From an uncultured Lachnospiraceae bacterium (GTDB taxonomy: Bacteria > Bacillota > Clostridia > Lachnospirales > Lachnospiraceae): a DNA stretch of 64,000 nt. Both the position numbers and the translations under genes were made by a program. Below, one piece after another: positions 43,087 to 55,023 of this stretch (the stretch's first letter is position 1; every line of letters starts with the position of its first letter). The DNA is taken from assembly GCA_902772635.1 (NCBI GenBank), contig CACYBK010000099.1, positions 4,905 to 68,904 of the forward strand, given 5' to 3'. The notes under the pieces were generated by a model. It was not told the origin of the DNA. It did not search any database and was given only the letters and a program-made list of their open reading frames with translations.

Positions 43087-45297
43087 ATGGACCAGAGTGA
43101 AAATCTCAGCAGAAAGAAAAAGAAATATAACCGTATTCTCATTATCGCTATCATCGCCATGATAGGGGTAATGGTGCTTTCCGGCGGAATTCTCTTCAGA
43201 AGCGTTTACAGAGCGCTTGGTAACTTTGCCTCCGAACAGATATCACTGGAAGCGAGATCGACTGCCCAGATGTTTTCGAGAGTCGCGATGACAAAGGTGG
43301 AAAGACTCCAGTATATCGGAAAGATAATTCAGGGGGATACCTCAAAGATCAATGCTGTACTGTCATCGATCCAGGGTACAGACGAATCAAGCGCTTATGG
43401 CCTTGTGACAATGGACAATACTCCCGTTTTTGGAGAGAAGATGGATGATGAGGAGCTTTTGCATGCGAAAGAAGCATTTTCGGGCGGCAATGTCCTTTCC
43501 TATATCAAGGGGAGAGGCATGCTTTCCGCTGTTCCGGTTAAAGAGGGACCAAGTCTCAAATATGTTTTTTATCAGCTCATACCTCCGGAGCTTTTCGCTA
43601 CCGTTGCAAATTTTGACAACGCTCCTCTTCTGAAAAAATCAGTTCTTATTGACCCTGATGGCGAAGTGGTATTTTCCTTTAAGGGAGTTACAAAGGAAGA
43701 TGTGGACTTTCTCTCATCTTCCGAGATCAAAGATTATTTTGCGGAAATGCAGGAGGATCTTTCAAAGAACAATGCCGCCTGCGCTCTTCGTCCGACAAAG
43801 ACTCCCTACGGAAGCTGCTTCCTTTATGAAGCATCCATCCCGGATACGGATTATGTGCTTCGCGGCTTCATGACTGAAAGCGAAGGCGCTGCATCCCTTT
43901 TGAAGATCATATATCTGATCATGGGGATATTCACATTTCTTGAGGTATTCTGTTTCCTTGCCGTCATTTTCCTGATCATGACCCACAGAAATATAATGCG
44001 CGTTGATGAAGTCGTAAGGGAGAACGCGAGAGCGGAGAGTGAGAGCATGACGAAGTCGAGCTTCCTTGCCTCTATGAGCCACGAGATCAGAACCCCTGTC
44101 AATGCCGTGCTCGGCATCAACGAAATGATACTTCGTGAGTTTGATGATCCGAAGCTCACAGGGTATGCGACGAATATCAAGGACGCGGGGAATACGCTCC
44201 TTAATGTCATCAATGATGTTCTTGATTATTCCAAGATGGAATCCGGAAAGCTGAGCATAGTCCCCGTGGATTATGATCTTTCCGAGATGATAAACGAGAT
44301 ATATATGATGATAAGGACAAGGGCAGCGGAGAAGAACCTCGATCTCATCATTGATGTGAATGAAACCATGCCTCACATGCTGAACGGCGATTCGCTCCGC
44401 GTAAAGCAGTGCGCTCTGAACATCCTTACAAATGCGGTGAAATATACAAAACGGGGGAAGGTCGTCTTCTCCGTCACCTATCAGCAGCTTCCCGACGGTT
44501 CGGGGAATTATACCTTCTCGGTCCAGGATACGGGTATCGGTATCAAACAGGAGGATATGGAAAGGCTCTTTATCCCCTTTGAGAGGATAGATGAGGTGAA
44601 GAACCACGGCATAGAAGGGACGGGACTTGGACTCTCAATCACACAGAGACTCCTTAAGATAATGGACAGCTCACTCAAGGTATCCTCAGTATATGGGGAG
44701 GGATCCACCTTTTCATTTACCGTGCGGCAGTTCGTTCTTGATCCCGAGCCTATCGGGAACTTCAGAAAGAGCTTTGAAGAAAAGATCGAAAACGCTCCTC
44801 TTTATCATCAGTCCTTTACCGCTCCGGATGCGAAGCTGCTTGTCATAGACGATACCGATATGAACCTCTTTGTCGTATCAGGACTTCTTAAGGAGACAAA
44901 GATCAAGGTGGATACTGCATCAAGCGGTGAGCAGGGACTCGCGATGCTGAAGCTCGACACTTATGATCTCATTATGATCGATCACAAGATGCCTGTCATG
45001 GATGGTATAGAGGTACTTCACCGCTTACGGCGCGATTCCTCCAATCCGAACCAGCACAGGCCCTGCATCGCTCTTACTGCGAATGCCATGTCCGGTGCAA
45101 GGGAGTTCTATCTGAAGGAAGGCTTTGAGGATTATCTTTCGAAGCCCATTGATTCCGCAGCTCTCGAGAAGATGGTGAGAGAGATACTTCCAAAGGACAA
45201 GATCATACTTGAAAGCGAACCCGAGATCCCCGATCCGGATCTCGCAAAAGCAGTAGCGGCGCTTCGGAGCCGTCAGGATCATTTCGTGAGGATGTGA
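43087..45297 (+). CDS. Hybrid sensor histidine kinase (TM, extracytoplasmic domain, TM, HisKA, HATPase_c, REC)
   Basis: H box SHEIRTPVNAVLG, N box NILTNAVKYT, G boxes DTGIGI and GTGLGLSI. The REC domain has DD..D..T..K (VIDDTDMN, MIDHKMPVMDG, LTAN, SKP). Confidence 0.9.
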   Translation: MDQSENLSRKKKKYNRILIIAIIAMIGVMVLSGGILFRSVYRALGNFASEQISLEARSTAQMFSRVAMTKVERLQYIGKIIQGDTSKINAVLSSIQGTDESSAYGLVTMDNTPVFGEKMDDEELLHAKEAFSGGNVLSYIKGRGMLSAVPVKEGPSLKYVFYQLIPPELFATVANFDNAPLLKKSVLIDPDGEVVFSFKGVTKEDVDFLSSSEIKDYFAEMQEDLSKNNAACALRPTKTPYGSCFLYEASIPDTDYVLRGFMTESEGAASLLKIIYLIMGIFTFLEVFCFLAVIFLIMTHRNIMRVDEVVRENARAESESMTKSSFLASMSHEIRTPVNAVLGINEMILREFDDPKLTGYATNIKDAGNTLLNVINDVLDYSKMESGKLSIVPVDYDLSEMINEIYMMIRTRAAEKNLDLIIDVNETMPHMLNGDSLRVKQCALNILTNAVKYTKRGKVVFSVTYQQLPDGSGNYTFSVQDTGIGIKQEDMERLFIPFERIDEVKNHGIEGTGLGLSITQRLLKIMDSSLKVSSVYGEGSTFSFTVRQFVLDPEPIGNFRKSFEEKIENAPLYHQSFTAPDAKLLVIDDTDMNLFVVSGLLKETKIKVDTASSGEQGLAMLKLDTYDLIMIDHKMPVMDGIEVLHRLRRDSSNPNQHRPCIALTANAMSGAREFYLKEGFEDYLSKPIDSAALEKMVREILPKDKIILESEPEIPDPDLAKAVAALRSRQDHFVRM

Positions 45298-45309
45298 GGG
45301 TGTATTTCT

Positions 45310-47166
45310 ATGATGCAGCTTGATTACAATATATTTTTCGAGGCGGCCGTACTCCCCATAGACATTATGATCTGTATCTTTCTCTACGTGAAGTACGGGA
45401 GGCAGGGTACTGAGATCAACAAATATTTCAGGCGCTATTCGGTGGTCACGATGATAGCCACTGCGCTTGATGTGACCTCCGCAGTAGTTTCGAGTATACA
45501 TCTTGCGTCGATCGACTGGCTCCATATGATACTTGTCATTGCCGTGCAGTTCGGAAAGTACGCTACGGCGCTTTATTTTGTCGTATATACCGCCAGCTTC
45601 ATAGGACAGGGTTATTTCGGCTCAAAAATTGAAAAATTCAATTTCTTCCTCAATGTGGTATTTATAGTGCTCCAGATACAGAACATCTTTACAGGGAATG
45701 CTTTCTCCTTTGTGGACGGAGTTCTTGTGAAGGGACCGCTCTGGGTACTTCTGGCATTTGGTTTCTCGCTTTATTTTGTGGTCTTTGGGATACTCTTTCT
45801 CCTTCGCTACAGAAAGAATTACCGGAAGGAGCAGACCATGGCTCTTGCCATAGGGATCATTACGGTCCTTTCCCTGTTTGCCCTTCAGATATTTGTGATA
45901 CCCAATGTCCTTCTGACCGGTTTTGCGTCATCCGTCGGTATCATCCTCTTCCTCCTTACCTTCGAGACGCCCGACTACTCAGCCCTTTTAAAGGCGATGG
46001 AGGAACTGAAGGCCTCAAGGGAGCGGGAGAAGATAGAGCGCGAGAAGGCAGACGAAGCAAACCGTTCAAAGAACAAGTTCCTTTCCCAGATGTCTCATGA
46101 GATCAGGACACCCATAAACGCGATCCTTGGCTATGACGATCTGATACTCAATGCCGAAAAGGACAACAGAGAGGTCATAGATTATGCTGAAAGGATAAAG
46201 ACCTCCGCCACGGGCCTCCTTGATTTCTTTACAAGCGTTATAGACTATGTCTCGGATTCTGACGCGCTGGACAAGGAGATGGCTCCTCCTCCGGTATCAA
46301 AGTTCAAGGAGATGTCTCAGGCAGTTGAAAATCTGAAAGGCAAGGGAGTCCGTTTTGACAGACTCGTCCTTAAAAAGGGTTATCCCGAGCAGCGTATCCT
46401 CATTGTTGATGACAATGACATGAATGTGGATCTTCTCGTTCGTATGCTCCGCCCTGCAGGCATCCGGATGGATGTTGGTGAAAACGGCAAAGAGGCTATA
46501 GATATGCTCCGCCATACCAGATACAACATTATCTTCATGGATCATATGATGCCTGTAATGGACGGAGTTGAGGCAATGGAGATCATGAAGGCCACCCACC
46601 TCTGTGACGGAGTTCCCGTAGTCATGATGACGGCAGCGAATATCACGGACGAGGAACGGGAAAAATACATGCATACGGGCTTCGTTGAATATATCTCAAA
46701 GCCCTTTGAGGAGGAAAGGATATATGACATAATGCTCCGGTTCCTTCCTCTTGAGGAAAAGGTGGAAGAGAAGGATATCACAGAGGATATCTGGCTTTCG
46801 ATAAGCAGCATCTTCTCATTCCTTGATACCGAAATGGTGAGGAGGAATTTTGAGGGAGATGAAGATTTTTTTCTCTCAGTGCTTTCCGAGCTTTCGTTAA
46901 GGGATTATCCGCAGCGGCTGTCTGCGGCCTACGGAAAAAAGGATTTCTACAGATACAGCTGTATCCTTCAGGCGGTCCGTGAGAACGCAGAGCTTATCGG
47001 CGCGAAGGACCTTGCGACCGTAGCAAAGACCAGCAGGAACCTCGCGGAGGCGTCCGATTCGAATTCGCTTTCAATTGTCCATCCTCAGCTGCTGAACGCC
47101 TATCAGGGCCTCACAGCAAGGATAAAGAGCAGCTTGAAAAAGGTGAGAGGCGGTAGCTTTAGATGA
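45310..47166 (+). CDS. Histidine-kinase-like phosphorelay protein: multi-TM, HisKA (DHp), REC and an HPt-like domain, with no ATPase domain
   Basis: Six to seven TM helices, then H box SHEIRTPINAILG. Only about 90 aa separate it from the REC domain (ILIVDDNDMN, FMDHMMPVMDG, KPF). No N/G1/G2 boxes are present. The C-terminal four-helix-like segment reads ILQAVRENAELIGA where HPt domains have HxLKGxxxxxGA. Confidence 0.8.
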   Translation: MMQLDYNIFFEAAVLPIDIMICIFLYVKYGRQGTEINKYFRRYSVVTMIATALDVTSAVVSSIHLASIDWLHMILVIAVQFGKYATALYFVVYTASFIGQGYFGSKIEKFNFFLNVVFIVLQIQNIFTGNAFSFVDGVLVKGPLWVLLAFGFSLYFVVFGILFLLRYRKNYRKEQTMALAIGIITVLSLFALQIFVIPNVLLTGFASSVGIILFLLTFETPDYSALLKAMEELKASREREKIEREKADEANRSKNKFLSQMSHEIRTPINAILGYDDLILNAEKDNREVIDYAERIKTSATGLLDFFTSVIDYVSDSDALDKEMAPPPVSKFKEMSQAVENLKGKGVRFDRLVLKKGYPEQRILIVDDNDMNVDLLVRMLRPAGIRMDVGENGKEAIDMLRHTRYNIIFMDHMMPVMDGVEAMEIMKATHLCDGVPVVMMTAANITDEEREKYMHTGFVEYISKPFEEERIYDIMLRFLPLEEKVEEKDITEDIWLSISSIFSFLDTEMVRRNFEGDEDFFLSVLSELSLRDYPQRLSAAYGKKDFYRYSCILQAVRENAELIGAKDLATVAKTSRNLAEASDSNSLSIVHPQLLNAYQGLTARIKSSLKKVRGGSFR

Positions 47167-48248
47167 AGGGTAGAGTAGTCTTAAAAAATGTAAGTGCCCT
47201 CATAATCGATGATGATGAGATCCAGGGGAATTATCTGAAGCATTCGCTGGAGGCTATCGGGGCAGCGGCAGTTCTCGTCTTTGATCCTGATGAGTTTCTG
47301 TCTGTACTGAAGGAGGATGATTTCGACATTGTATTCATTGATTATATGATGCCGAAGGCAAACGGTCTTTCCATCTTCCATTCAGTGCTTTCGGAATTCG
47401 GAGGCAGCTTCAATACACCGACTCTCCTCATGGATAATGATTTCACCGAGTCCTTCGGCAAGGAGATATTCAGGACAGGCTATACCAATTATCTTGAAAA
47501 GCCTGTTTCGAAGGACAGCCTTTCAGCGGCGCTTTATCTTTATCTTCCAAAGGAAAAGTTTGTACTTCAGAGGGAAAGACAGCATCTTCACGAGCGTGGT
47601 GCTTCCGAGGTCAAGGTTCCCGTTGTTCCCGAGAGCCCTGTCTACGAGGACGAGGGAGTGCCCGCCTTCCTTTACGAGGTGGAGGGAATGGATGTGAAAG
47701 AGGGCCTCAAGAACTGCGGATCGGCAGAGAGCTTTGTCTCGGCGGTGAAGCTTTTCCATGGCTCGATAAAGAAGAAGGCAGACGAGATAGAGGGCTTCTT
47801 TAATAATCAGGATATAAACAATTACACTATCTGGGTCCATGCCCTCAAATCCTCCGCAAGGATAATAGGAATCGCAGAGCTTTCGGAGAAGGCACGGCTC
47901 ATGGAGGAGGCCGGGAACAAGGGAGATCTTTCAGCGATCAATGAGGCAACGCCCGGGCTCCTTTCTGACTATCGATCATATCTTGACATCCTTTCGAGGA
48001 TAAGCGAAGATAAAGATGAAGATAAAGATAACAAACTTCCGGAAATACCGCCGGACGTGCTCAATGACGCCTACGAGAGCCTTAGGAGCTTTTCCGACGA
48101 GATGGACATCGACCTTTGTGAAATGGTCTTGAAGTCAATCAAGGAGTATACGCTTCCCAAAGAGGATGAAGAGAGAATGAAGAAGCTCTATGAGATGCTT
48201 CTTGAGCTTGACTGGGATGGGATGAAAAAGATACTTCCCAGAGAATAA
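47163..48248 (+). CDS. REC-HPt phosphotransfer protein
   Basis: REC domain (LIIDDDEIQ, FIDYMMPKANG, EKP) plus HPt with a conserved His (WVHALKSSARIIGIAEL). The start overlaps the previous stop by 4 nt. Confidence 0.85.
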   Translation: MKGRVVLKNVSALIIDDDEIQGNYLKHSLEAIGAAAVLVFDPDEFLSVLKEDDFDIVFIDYMMPKANGLSIFHSVLSEFGGSFNTPTLLMDNDFTESFGKEIFRTGYTNYLEKPVSKDSLSAALYLYLPKEKFVLQRERQHLHERGASEVKVPVVPESPVYEDEGVPAFLYEVEGMDVKEGLKNCGSAESFVSAVKLFHGSIKKKADEIEGFFNNQDINNYTIWVHALKSSARIIGIAELSEKARLMEEAGNKGDLSAINEATPGLLSDYRSYLDILSRISEDKDEDKDNKLPEIPPDVLNDAYESLRSFSDEMDIDLCEMVLKSIKEYTLPKEDEERMKKLYEMLLELDWDGMKKILPRE

Positions 48249-48272
48249 TAAACAAGGGGGACATATTTCATT

Positions 48273-49028
48273 ATGAAAAAGTTTCTTCTTTTGAGCGCAA
48301 AAAAATCGTTTCTCATCAAAGGTCTTCTTATTAAACTCGAGGATGCGGGACTTTCATCGGATTATGCTTCCGCCGGGGATCCTGAGGTAGACTCGAAGAT
48401 GAGGGATTCCGAGATGTTCATCTTCTATATGGATGATGAGATGCAGAACAATACAGCGTTCATCAACCATATTGCCGACGTGCTGAAGAAGGACGGCAAG
48501 ATGGCGATCCTTATCGGAAAGAAAGAGGAAAAAGAGTTTGTGATGCAGTTCATCCAGGAGGAATTCGTGCTTTCCTTCTATGAACGCCCTCTTGATATGG
48601 ATGTGTTTGTGAGGGATCTGCTTCTTGAGGCTGCGCTTGAGACCAACGAAGGTGAAAAAAAGGTCATCCTCGTTGTTGATGACGATACGGAATACAGGCA
48701 GCTTATCCGCGGGTGGCTTCGGGCTGATTATCATGTGGCCCTTGCGAATTCCGGAGTACAGGCCATCACATGGCTTGCGAAGAATACCTGCGACCTCATC
48801 CTCCTCGATTATGCGATGCCGGTGACGGACGGGAAAAAGGTTCTTGAGATGCTGAAGAGCGAGGAAAATACCAAGGACATACCGGTAATGTTTCTGACGG
48901 GAAAGAATGACAAGGAGTCCATAATGGAGGTTCTGAAGCTGAATCCGGATGATTATCTTTTAAAGACCATAGGACGCGACGCATTGCTTGAAAAGATGCA
49001 GGAGTTCTTTGCCTCAAGGGAATGGTGA
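48273..49028 (+). CDS. Pseudo-receiver plus REC protein with no output domain
   Basis: The C-terminal REC looks intact (VVDDDTEY, LLDYAMPVTDG, FLTGK). The N-terminal 120 aa has a receiver-like alternation but lacks the acidic pocket. Confidence 0.8.
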   Translation: MKKFLLLSAKKSFLIKGLLIKLEDAGLSSDYASAGDPEVDSKMRDSEMFIFYMDDEMQNNTAFINHIADVLKKDGKMAILIGKKEEKEFVMQFIQEEFVLSFYERPLDMDVFVRDLLLEAALETNEGEKKVILVVDDDTEYRQLIRGWLRADYHVALANSGVQAITWLAKNTCDLILLDYAMPVTDGKKVLEMLKSEENTKDIPVMFLTGKNDKESIMEVLKLNPDDYLLKTIGRDALLEKMQEFFASREW

Positions 49029-49047
49029 TACAAAAATAATATACGGG

Positions 49048-49083
49048 CACCCCGGATTTTTTCAATTCGGGGTGTCTTTTTTT
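49048..49083 (+). terminator. Rho-independent terminator ending the phosphorelay cluster
   Basis: CACCCCG (49048-49054) pairs with CGGGGTG (49068-49074), followed by TCTTTTTTTTT. Confidence 0.7.
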
Positions 49084-49092
49084 ATCTTCTCC

Positions 49093-49121
49093 TTGACAAA
49101 CTGATGATAGGGGAGTATTTT
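49093..49121 (+). promoter_or_regulatory. Sigma-A promoter of the hrcA-grpE-dnaK-dnaJ operon
   Basis: TTGACA (49093-49098), 17 nt spacer, TATTTT (49116-49121), immediately upstream of CIRCE. Confidence 0.6.
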
Positions 49122-49135
49122 ATCTGATGTGAGTA

Positions 49136-49162
49136 TTAGCACTCCAACCGATTGAGTGCTAA
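49136..49162. promoter_or_regulatory. CIRCE operator (HrcA binding site)
   Basis: TTAGCACTC-CAACCGATT-GAGTGCTAA is a perfect match to the TTAGCACTC-N9-GAGTGCTAA consensus. Confidence 0.95.
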
Positions 49163-49176
49163 CAGAAGGAGCAGAC

Positions 49177-50232
49177 TTGGAGCTTGATGATAGAAAAATA
49201 CTTATATTGAATGCCATCATCGAGACTTATTTTGAGACGGGGGAGCCGGTAGGCAGCAGGACCATCTCAAAATTCCCCGGGGTTACATTCTCATCTGCGA
49301 CTATCAGGAATGAGATGCAGGATCTTGAGGAGATGGGCTACATCATTCAGCCTCATACTTCGGCCGGCAGGATACCTTCGGACAAGGGCTACAGGTTCTA
49401 TGTAGACAATATGCTCGAGGCAAAGGATTCAGAGATCACCGACATGAAGGGACTTCTCCTTGAGAAGACGGAAAAACTCGAGGCTATCTTGAAGCAGGTA
49501 GTGACGCTGCTTGCAAAGACCACTCAGTATCCATCGGTTGTGTCCTCTCCCGCGGTGGCGACAAACAGAGTGAAGTTCGTCCAGCTTTCAAATGTGAATG
49601 AATCCCAGATCCTGTGTGTCGTTGTAATGGGCGGAAATCTTGTAAAGAACAGGATAATAGATGTCATCGAGCCGCTTTCCAACGAGAACCTTCTGAAGAT
49701 GAACATGCTCCTCAATACGAACCTGAACGGGCTCACGGTGTCTGACATCAATCTCGAGCTAATAGAGAGGATGAGGCGAAGCGCCGGTGAACATGAGGGG
49801 ATAGTCGAACAGGTATTAAAGACCGTAGCCGATACCATAACAGAGGATGAGGAGTTCGAGGTCTATACCAGCGGGGCAACAAACATATTCAAATATCCCG
49901 AGCTCTCCGACAACAAGGAAAGCGCGTCCGAGATCATAGAGACACTTTCGGACAGGGAGGAGCTTAGAGAGTTCATCAAGGAAACCCAGAATGATGAGGA
50001 ACTGAAGAAGAACGGCATCAGGGTCATGATTGGGGCAGAGACACCTCTTGAGACCATGAAGGATTGCTCCGTGGTCACCGCGACATACGAGCTTTCCGAC
50101 GGTGTGAAGGGCTCTATCGCAATAATAGGACCAAAGAGGATGGATTACAGAAAGGTAGTGGAGACGATGTCAAGGATCAAGAACGGTCTTGACAAAGCCT
50201 TGAAAAAAGGATCGTCATCAAATGAGGAATAA
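49177..50232 (+). CDS. hrcA: Heat-inducible transcription repressor HrcA
   Basis: ELDDRKILILNAIIETYFETGEPVGSRTISK... A TTG start at 49177 lies 5 nt after GAAGGAG. The GTG at 49156 in the ORF track lies inside CIRCE. Confidence 0.9.
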   Translation: MELDDRKILILNAIIETYFETGEPVGSRTISKFPGVTFSSATIRNEMQDLEEMGYIIQPHTSAGRIPSDKGYRFYVDNMLEAKDSEITDMKGLLLEKTEKLEAILKQVVTLLAKTTQYPSVVSSPAVATNRVKFVQLSNVNESQILCVVVMGGNLVKNRIIDVIEPLSNENLLKMNMLLNTNLNGLTVSDINLELIERMRRSAGEHEGIVEQVLKTVADTITEDEEFEVYTSGATNIFKYPELSDNKESASEIIETLSDREELREFIKETQNDEELKKNGIRVMIGAETPLETMKDCSVVTATYELSDGVKGSIAIIGPKRMDYRKVVETMSRIKNGLDKALKKGSSSNEE

Positions 50233-50270
50233 TGATAGCGATTGAAGATGATAATGAAAGGAGCGACGAA

Positions 50271-52893
<2,623 letters not shown>

Positions 52894-52899
52894 TGAATA

Positions 52900-54072
52900 A
52901 TGGCTGACCAGAAGAGAGATTATTATGAGGTTCTCGGAGTCGACAAGACGGCCGATGAGAATGCTATAAAGAGTGCATACAGGAAGCTTGCGAAGAAGTA
53001 TCATCCTGACATGAACCCCGGCGACAAAAATGCCGAGGCGAAGTTCAAGGAGTGCTCCGAGGCCTATGCCGTCCTGTCAGACCCTGACAAGAGGAGGCAG
53101 TATGACCAGTTCGGCCACAGCGCCTTCGACGGTTCCCACGGCGGAGGAGGCTTCGACTTCTCCGGGATGAACTTCTCCGATATGTTCTCGGATATCTTCG
53201 GAGATTTCTTCGGAGGCGGATCGAGAAGAAGGGGCGAGTCAAGAGGACCCATGCGCGGAGCAAATCTCCGCGCTCAGGTCTCAATCTCCTTCAATGAAGC
53301 GGCCTTCGGCTGCGACAAGGAGATAGAGATAGTCTTAAAAGACGAGTGCCCTACCTGCGGCGGGTCAGGCTGCAAGCCCGGGACCGGGAAGAAGAAGTGC
53401 CAAAAGTGCGGCGGAAAAGGTCAGATAGTGATGACCCAGCAGTCCTTCTTCGGAACGATCCAGAATGTGACTACCTGTCCTTCCTGCCATGGAACGGGAG
53501 AGACCATTGAATCACCCTGTTCTGAGTGTCGGGGCACAGGCTTCGTTTCAAAGAAGAAGCGCCTTTCGGTGCACATTCCCGCGGGAATTGACGACGGGCA
53601 GGCTGTAAGGATAAGGGACAAAGGTGAACCCGGTGAGAACGGAGGTCCGAGAGGCGACCTTCTTGTAGAGGTTCGTATAAGACCCGACAAGAACTTTGCC
53701 AGAAGGGACTATGATGTTTATTCAGAGGCGCCCATATCCTTTGCCCAGGCGGCTCTCGGCGGCGAAGCCATAATAGAGACGATAGACGGAAAGGTCTCCT
53801 ACACAGTAAAGCCGGGAACTCAGACCGGGACTACCATCAGGCTTCGCGGAAAAGGCATTCCCACACTCCGGAATCCGGAGACGAGAGGAGATCATTATGT
53901 GACACTGAATGTTTCGGTTCCGACCTCACTCTCAAGTGAGGCAAAGGAAGCCTTGAGGCAGTTTGACAGCCTTTCCGGAAATACGCTGTCAGGCGCCGGT
54001 GCAAAGGAAAAGCCGGAGAAAAAAAAGAGAGGCTTCAGGGACAAGGTAAAGAATGTCTTTGATGATGCATAA
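52900..54072 (+). CDS. dnaJ: Co-chaperone DnaJ
   Basis: DYYEVLGV...YHPDMNPGD, a G/F region, and four CxxCxGxG zinc-finger repeats. Confidence 0.97.
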   Translation: MADQKRDYYEVLGVDKTADENAIKSAYRKLAKKYHPDMNPGDKNAEAKFKECSEAYAVLSDPDKRRQYDQFGHSAFDGSHGGGGFDFSGMNFSDMFSDIFGDFFGGGSRRRGESRGPMRGANLRAQVSISFNEAAFGCDKEIEIVLKDECPTCGGSGCKPGTGKKKCQKCGGKGQIVMTQQSFFGTIQNVTTCPSCHGTGETIESPCSECRGTGFVSKKKRLSVHIPAGIDDGQAVRIRDKGEPGENGGPRGDLLVEVRIRPDKNFARRDYDVYSEAPISFAQAALGGEAIIETIDGKVSYTVKPGTQTGTTIRLRGKGIPTLRNPETRGDHYVTLNVSVPTSLSSEAKEALRQFDSLSGNTLSGAGAKEKPEKKKRGFRDKVKNVFDDA

Positions 54073-55023
54073 ATGAATTATTACAGGTTTATCATAAAAA
54101 CTACCGAAAGCAGGGAGGAGGATATCGCCTTCCTGCTTTCTGAACGCTTCGGGATAGATTCCGTAGAGACGAGAGACAACGCCTTCTTTGACGACTCGGA
54201 AAGAGAGGGCGGCTTTTTTCCTGAGCTTCAGCCCGACCTTCCATATGACGACAAGAGCGCTGAGGTATTGTTCTACATCGAAAACGACGGCACCAAGGTC
54301 TCTGAAGAAAAGAGGGACGCTCTCTTAAGTGATGTAAAAGAGATCCTTCTTGAAAACGAGAAGATAATTTTTGAGGAAGCCTGCGACTCCCAGTGGGTCG
54401 ACAAGTGGAAGGAATTCTTTCACTCCTTTACGATAAATGATCTTCTTATAATGCCGTCCTGGGAAAGCGAGGCGTTAGCGCCGCCTCACAAAAAAAAGAT
54501 CCTGATAGATCCCGGAATCACCTTCGGTACAGGGGCGCATGAGAGCACCCGCCTTGCGATCGAATGGCTTCAGAAATACCTGAAGGAGGGAATGGACTTC
54601 CTTGATATCGGGACAGGAAGCGGGATATTGATACTTACAGCGTTAAATTACGGGGCAGAAGAAGCCACCGCAACAGACATAGACCCCTTCTGTGAAGAGA
54701 CGGTCTATGAAAACATGGAAAAAAACGGCCTTGACAAAAGGCTTGCTTCTGTATTCACGGGAGATATCACCAGGGACAAGAGTCTCATTGAAAAAGTCGG
54801 GAAGAATAAGTATGATATCTGCGCCGCAAATATACTGGCTGACATTATTATCCCCATGGCGCCCTATGCATATACGGCTCTGAAGAAGGACGGTATATTC
54901 ATAACAAGCGGCATTATTGATTTTAAGGCGGATGAAGTAAAGGAAGCGCTTGAGAGAGCAGGATTTTCAATACTTGAAGAAAAGACTCTCGGCGAGTGGT
55001 GTTCGTTTGTTGCGAGGAAATGA
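54073..55023 (+). CDS. prmA: Ribosomal protein L11 methyltransferase
   Basis: IDPGITFGTGAHESTRL...DIGTGSGIL motifs. Conserved position after dnaJ. Confidence 0.9.
   Translation: MNYYRFIIKTTESREEDIAFLLSERFGIDSVETRDNAFFDDSEREGGFFPELQPDLPYDDKSAEVLFYIENDGTKVSEEKRDALLSDVKEILLENEKIIFEEACDSQWVDKWKEFFHSFTINDLLIMPSWESEALAPPHKKKILIDPGITFGTGAHESTRLAIEWLQKYLKEGMDFLDIGTGSGILILTALNYGAEEATATDIDPFCEETVYENMEKNGLDKRLASVFTGDITRDKSLIEKVGKNKYDICAANILADIIIPMAPYAYTALKKDGIFITSGIIDFKADEVKEALERAGFSILEEKTLGEWCSFVARK

Noticed and set aside
43087-49028. Detocs-like defensive two-component system
   Set aside because: There is no effector-bearing response regulator (no nucleosidase or other toxic domain) and no TPR-type sensor. 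The architecture is a plain phosphorelay, so the analogy is not supported.
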